A DNA stretch of 40,982 nucleotides from Candidatus Binatia bacterium (GTDB lineage: Bacteria; Desulfobacterota; Binatia; Bin18): contig JANWXO010000004.1 of NCBI GenBank assembly GCA_025057295.1, positions 1 to 40,982 on the forward strand. The letters run 5' to 3'. Positions 36,455 to 40,982 of this stretch are shown here, one piece after another. Position 1 is the stretch's first letter. Each line of letters begins with the position of its first letter. The notes below the pieces were generated by a model. It was not told the DNA's origin and ran no database searches. It worked only from the letters and a program-made list of their open reading frames with translations. The translations under genes were made by a program, and so were the position numbers.

Positions 36455-37132
36455 TTAGGGGAAAGCACGCAACTGTCCGATATTGAGGCCTTGAGCGGCA
36501 CGATACCGTCCAGCTTTTAATTCCTCGATGAGTTCTTGTACGGTCGACACCGTTCTCTCGAGGATCGTTACGGCACAACCGAGCGAGGCAGCCGAGTGGC
36601 TATCGCTGCCACCAATGCCTTTGCACCCCAGGCGTTCAGCCACCGCATGGGCGAAAAGATTTTCTTGCTCCGAACAGGCGCCGTTGACCACCTCAACCGC
36701 ATCGACGTACTGCAGCACCTCGAGCGCTTGGATGCCAGAATCAGGGTCTGTCGGGTCGATCGGCGGAGTCTTGTGAATAAACTGAAAGCGGGGGTCGAGC
36801 TTGTAGCGGAACGGATGATTGGCAATCAGAAACCCGCCTACGTCGTTGATAACGCGGCGTAACTCTTTGACCTTGTAGATGCCTCCAACGTAGCGATCGA
36901 GGCCAAACGCGCCGACATGGCCCCATTCTGTTGTCACCTCAATGCCACAAAACAGGGTGACCCCGCGTGCCCGAGCGTAATCCTCAATTGCGGGGTCCGT
37001 CCAGGCATGATCATGTTCGGTCACACAGATACCATCGAGACCAATCCTCTGCGCTTGGTCGATCATGGCAAAAGGATCCAGATTGCTATCCGCGCTTCCC
37101 CGGGTCGTATGGACGTGGAAATCGATGAGCAT
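36455..37132 (-). CDS. PHP domain metallophosphoesterase
   Basis: DFHVHT, VTEHD, GIEV, NHPF, GGSDSH. Confidence 0.9.
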   Translation of the reverse strand: MLIDFHVHTTRGSADSNLDPFAMIDQAQRIGLDGICVTEHDHAWTDPAIEDYARARGVTLFCGIEVTTEWGHVGAFGLDRYVGGIYKVKELRRVINDVGGFLIANHPFRYKLDPRFQFIHKTPPIDPTDPDSGIQALEVLQYVDAVEVVNGACSEQENLFAHAVAERLGCKGIGGSDSHSAASLGCAVTILERTVSTVQELIEELKAGRYRAAQGLNIGQLRAFP

Positions 37133-37338
37133 CCTCTCGTCCTCTCTCCTCCCTTACCCGCAATACAATGAAGGTCTGTCTATAACGTCTCCACCGCTGG
37201 AGAGCAAGGGAGTGAACACCTGTTCATCTGAGGTTGAGGTCGCGAGTACGTGCATGGCTGTTTGCTTTGCTCTCCCCAGAGGCTGTGCTACATTCCGCCG
37301 TGATCCCTGCGTACGGTTCAACAGGAGGGAGATGACCT

Positions 37339-38559
37339 ATGCCCATGCCACTGGAAGGAATCCGGGTGCTCGACTGGACGATCTGGCAACAGGGGCCGGT
37401 CGCGACCATGATGCTCGGTGACCTCGGCGCCGAGGTCATCAAAATCGAGGAACGGGTCGGCGGGGACCCGGGCCGCGGTGTCATGAGTGTCGCCGGGGTG
37501 CTGATTGGCACCAGCGAAGGTCGCAACTTTTACTTCGAGGCCAACAATCGGCACAAAAAGAGCCTCACTCTCGATCTCAAAAAGCCCCAAGCCCGCGAGA
37601 TTGTCTACCAGCTGGTGGAGAAATCTGATGTCTTCGTGCAAAACTTCCGCAAGGGCGTGGCGGCCAAACTGGGGCTCGATTACCAGACGCTCTCGCGCTA
37701 CAACCCCAAGCTGATCTATGCCAGTGCCAGCGGCTACGGGCCCTTTGGTCCGGACTCTGGTGAGCCTTCCTTCGATTACATGGGTTTGGCCCGGTCGGGG
37801 ATCATGCTGGCGGCGGGGGAGCCGGACATGCCGCCGCTCAACATCACGGGGGGCATTGCCGATCAGATGGGGGCTATCATGCTCGCCTACGGCATTCTCG
37901 CGGCACTCATCGCCCGTGACAAGCACGGCGTCGGTCAGGAGGTCGACACCTCCCATCTCGGCAGCATGACCGCGCTGCAAGGTTTGAATGTCGCCTGCAT
38001 GACGATCCTGGGGCGCGAGTTCAAACGGATGCCGCGGGCTGCAGCCCCGAGTCCTCTGTGGAATCATTATCAGTGTGCCGACGGCAAGTGGATCTGCCTC
38101 GCTATGGCCCAGCAGGACCGGTATTGGGTGAACTTCTGCAAGGTGCTGGGGATCGAGCATGTGCTGCAGGACCCACGCTTCGACACCATGCAAAAGCGGG
38201 CAGAAAACGCCAAAGAACTCGTTCCTATCCTGGACAAAGCCTTTGCCGCCAAACCGCGCGACTACTGGATGAAGGTCTTCAAGGAGAGCGGAGGGGACTT
38301 TATCTACACCGTGGTCAACAGTATCGCCGACCTGCCAAACGACCCGCAAATGATCGCGAACGAATATGTCGTCGATTACGATCACCCGACATGGGGCAAG
38401 ACCAAGATCGTGGGGGTGCCGGTGCGGTTGAGCAAAACCCCAGGCAACCCCAAAGCGCCAGCACCGGAATTCGGCGAGCACACGGAAATGATCCTCACCG
38501 AGCTGCTCGGCTACTCCTGGGAGGAGGTCGCGCGCCTGAAGGAAGCCGAAGTGATCTAG
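37339..38559 (+). CDS. CaiB/BaiF (family III) CoA-transferase
   Basis: PLEGIRVLD, LGDLGAEVIKIE, NRHKKSLTLDLK, SGYGPFGP, IADQMG, APEFGEHT. AGGAGG RBS. Confidence 0.95.
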   Translation: MPMPLEGIRVLDWTIWQQGPVATMMLGDLGAEVIKIEERVGGDPGRGVMSVAGVLIGTSEGRNFYFEANNRHKKSLTLDLKKPQAREIVYQLVEKSDVFVQNFRKGVAAKLGLDYQTLSRYNPKLIYASASGYGPFGPDSGEPSFDYMGLARSGIMLAAGEPDMPPLNITGGIADQMGAIMLAYGILAALIARDKHGVGQEVDTSHLGSMTALQGLNVACMTILGREFKRMPRAAAPSPLWNHYQCADGKWICLAMAQQDRYWVNFCKVLGIEHVLQDPRFDTMQKRAENAKELVPILDKAFAAKPRDYWMKVFKESGGDFIYTVVNSIADLPNDPQMIANEYVVDYDHPTWGKTKIVGVPVRLSKTPGNPKAPAPEFGEHTEMILTELLGYSWEEVARLKEAEVI

Positions 38560-38573
38560 AACGCCTCGCCCAA

Positions 38574-38610
38574 CTCCCTCTCCCTTGCTGGAAAAGGCTG
38601 GGGAGAGGGT
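38574..38610. repeat. CCCTCTCCC...GGGAGAGGG palindromic REP-like element
   Basis: ctccctctcccttgctggaaaaggctggggagagggt, an inverted repeat just after the CoA-transferase stop. Confidence 0.55.
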
Positions 38611-38634
38611 GATGCAGAATCGGAAAGGCGTTTC

Positions 38635-38955
38635 GTGAGATGCGCTCGAGCACCACGGCTTTTGCTCCGGCGCGGCCACCGCGGTGCAACATCCGGCGGT
38701 GCACACTGGCATACCTGTGACGCAGGTTTCGGTACAGGCGGAGTGGTGGTCGTGCGAGCAGGCTCGGGTGGCGATGCGATGCGCAGAGTGGCGATCCAAA
38801 AGGATGGCAAGATCGTCTTGGCCGGCACGTGCGCGAACGCGCGACACACAAACTTTGCCGTGCTTCGCTACCTCCCTGATGGCAGCCTTGACTCGACTTT
38901 CGGGGGTGATGGGATCGTCACCACCCGCATCGGTGCAGGGATCGCCGCCTGGTGA
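38635..38955 (+). pseudogene. Fragment with ~1.5 delta-60 (beta-propeller) repeats
   Basis: DAGFGTGGVV...VAIQKDGKIVLAG...FAVLRYLPDGSLDSTFGGDGIV. No signal peptide, and too short for a propeller. Its stop overlaps the alkA start (GTGA). Confidence 0.6.
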
Positions 38956-39893
38956 GGAGCACGACGGTGTCACGTCTTCATTTTTCTCTCACTCCCGTGC
39001 CCCCGTATTCCCTCATGCTCACGGTGCAGCGCTTCGCCCGCTTCAAGGACGAGAGTGTCGACCGGGTTCGGCCCGACGGTTACCGACGTCTGCTTGTTGT
39101 AGACGGACAGCTCGCGCTGGCGACCGTCACGGACGCGGGCACAACGGCAAAGCCTCTCCTTCGCGTCGAGCTCGAGGGTCCGCACACGACGGCGCTGGAA
39201 CGGCCCGAGTTTGTTGCCCAGCTGCGCCATATCCTCTGTACCGATCTGGACCTCAACCTCTTTTATCGCCAGGCACGGATGGATGCGCTGCTGGCGCCTC
39301 TCGTGCCACGTTTCCGGGGACTCAAACCCTCCTCGAGCCCGACGCTGTTCGAGGCTTTGGTCATGGCCGTGCTTTCTCAGCAAGTGAACTTGACGTTCGC
39401 CCACGCCATCAAGCGAGCGCTGGTGGAGACGTTTGGTCCGCGGTGGTGCAGCAACGGCGAAACGTACTACGCCTTCCCCGGTCCTGAACCCTTTGCCGAA
39501 GAGACGGAACAGAGTCTGCAACGCTTCCGGCTGAGCAGAGCCAAGGCTGGTACGCTGGTGCGCCTCGCCCGGGCGTTTGTCTCTGGGGAGCTCTCCGAGG
39601 CAGGGCTTGCCGCGCTTGCAGATGACGAGGTGGTCGCGCGGCTAGAGCAGTTCAAGGGGATCGGGCGCTGGACCGCGGAAACCGCTCTGTTGCGTGGCCT
39701 CGCCCGCCCGGACGCCTTCCCTGCCGGCGACCTGGGGGTGGTCAAATACCTGGCCCACGGACTCCTCGGCAAAGCAGAGAAAGCGAGCGAGGCTGACATG
39801 CGTGCCTTTGCCGCACGCTGGCGTCCGTACCGCGGGCTGGCGCTGATCTACTGCTACGCCGAACTGTCGCGGCGGCAGGGCAATCGTCGGTGA
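38952..39893 (+). CDS. alkA: DNA-3-methyladenine glycosylase II (AlkA/HhH-GPD family)
   Basis: FEALVMAVLSQQV, KGIGRWTA, DAFPAGDLG, WRPYRG. Confidence 0.88.
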   Translation: MRSTTVSRLHFSLTPVPPYSLMLTVQRFARFKDESVDRVRPDGYRRLLVVDGQLALATVTDAGTTAKPLLRVELEGPHTTALERPEFVAQLRHILCTDLDLNLFYRQARMDALLAPLVPRFRGLKPSSSPTLFEALVMAVLSQQVNLTFAHAIKRALVETFGPRWCSNGETYYAFPGPEPFAEETEQSLQRFRLSRAKAGTLVRLARAFVSGELSEAGLAALADDEVVARLEQFKGIGRWTAETALLRGLARPDAFPAGDLGVVKYLAHGLLGKAEKASEADMRAFAARWRPYRGLALIYCYAELSRRQGNRR

Positions 39894-39903
39894 AATTTTG
39901 CCT

Positions 39904-40982
39904 TTAAAACATTCCTGAGATTTTCCCGCTGGCGTCCATATGCATGTTGATCGCTGCGGGCTTAGCCGGCAGGCCGGGCATGGTCAGCATCTCGCCGGTC
40001 AGCGGCACGCAGAAGCCCGCCCCCGCCGACAGGCGAATCTCACGGACCGTCAGGGTAAAATCGCGCGGACGGCCGTAGCGCTTCGGATCGTCGGAAAGCG
40101 ACAGCTGCGTCTTCGCCATGCAAATCGGCACGGAGCCATACCCCAAAGCTTGGATACGCTCTAAATCGGTACGGGCGCGCGGCAGCAACACGATGTCGGC
40201 AGCGCCATAAATCTTCTGGGCAATCGTCCGGATCTTGTCCTCGATCGACATGTCGAGGGGATACAGAAAACGCGGAGGAGACGCGGATCCCTGGCAGGCC
40301 TTGACGACTGCCTCGGCCAACGGCAGACCACCTTCGCCTCCCTGATTGAACACGTCGATCACGGTTGCTTCCAGGCCGAGCGCGCGGCTCTCTTCCACCA
40401 CCAGCCTGAGCTCGTCATCCGTATCGGTAGCGAAGCGATTCACCGCGACGATCGGCCGCAAGCCGAATTCACGTACGCTCTCGGCGTGCTTGGCCAGGTT
40501 GTCCATTCCCACCTTCAACGTCTTGAGGTCCGGTCGGTGAATCTCGCCCAGTGCCGTGCCCCCGTGCATCTTGAGCGCTTTGACAGTAGCGACGAGGACC
40601 ACCGCGGACGGCCACAGCCCTGCCTCGCGACACTTGATATCGAGAAATTTCTCGCCACCGAGATCGAAGCCGAAGCCAGCTTCGGTTACGACAAAATCGG
40701 CATATGCAAGCGCCAGGCGGGTAGCGAGAACACTATTGCAGCCGTGGGCGATATTGCCGAACGGGCCGCCGTGCACGAAGGCCGGGACCCCTTCGACCGT
40801 TTGCACCAGGTTCGGCTTGAGGGCGTCTTTGAGAATGATCGCCATCGCTTCCGGCGCCTGGACCTCACGCGCAGTCACCACGTTCCCCTTATGGGAGAAA
40901 CCAAGAACGATACGGGACAGTCGCTCGACCAAGTCCGTCGGTCCGTTCGCCAGGCAAAGGATCGCCATCACCTCGGAGGCGG
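39904..40982 (-). CDS. fhs: Formate--tetrahydrofolate ligase, partial (5' end beyond the right edge)
   Basis: ASEVMAILCL, KPNLVQT, HGGPFGNIAHGCNS, VTEAGFGFDLGGEKF, CMAKT, GAGF, MPGLP. Confidence 0.96.
   Translation of the reverse strand, partial: ASEVMAILCLANGPTDLVERLSRIVLGFSHKGNVVTAREVQAPEAMAIILKDALKPNLVQTVEGVPAFVHGGPFGNIAHGCNSVLATRLALAYADFVVTEAGFGFDLGGEKFLDIKCREAGLWPSAVVLVATVKALKMHGGTALGEIHRPDLKTLKVGMDNLAKHAESVREFGLRPIVAVNRFATDTDDELRLVVEESRALGLEATVIDVFNQGGEGGLPLAEAVVKACQGSASPPRFLYPLDMSIEDKIRTIAQKIYGAADIVLLPRARTDLERIQALGYGSVPICMAKTQLSLSDDPKRYGRPRDFTLTVREIRLSAGAGFCVPLTGEMLTMPGLPAKPAAINMHMDASGKISGMF

Noticed and set aside
37318-38973. 551 aa minus-strand ORF
   Set aside because: Antisense shadow of the CoA-transferase gene.
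26821-40982. metH, thiD and fhs as a C1 or Wood-Ljungdahl cluster
   Set aside because: The genes are far apart, on mixed strands and separated by unrelated genes; no folD, metF, acs or cdh genes are in the window.

Overview
GC-rich bacterial chromosomal window of mostly metabolic and housekeeping genes. The gene content suggests a deltaproteobacterial/Binatia-like organism, but that is an impression only. The left ~3.5 kb looks like the edge of a decayed defence island: a >900 aa sacsin-like GHKL ATPase gene runs off the left edge (absent from the ORF track) and is preceded by a ~0.5 kb mosaic of gene stubs resembling an XRE regulator, an SNF2 helicase N-terminus, a DUF1156 methylase C-terminus and a DUF499 N-terminus. 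Next come a tungsten-type aldehyde oxidoreductase operon (Fe-S subunit, AOR, FAD subunit, MoaD), an amidohydrolase, a cupin, an SDR-DUF2867-TspO fusion, MscL with a zinc ribbon, rpiA, an ABM/DUF2182/MaoC/MaoC operon, Zn-ADH, MFS, tam, a hydantoinase-like enzyme, an APC-USP transporter, ALDH, a Ca2+/H+ antiporter pseudogene, a TcuA-like flavoprotein and metH. The right part has HU preceded by an unlisted, extremely acidic ~46-49 aa micro-ORF, a B12-dependent radical SAM, ptsP, thiD, a PHP protein, a CaiB/BaiF CoA-transferase, a delta-60 fragment, alkA and a partial fhs. Three short palindromic REP-like elements are present. No rRNA, tRNA, CRISPR array, integrase or transposase was seen. All family calls come from motif recognition by eye; no searches were run.
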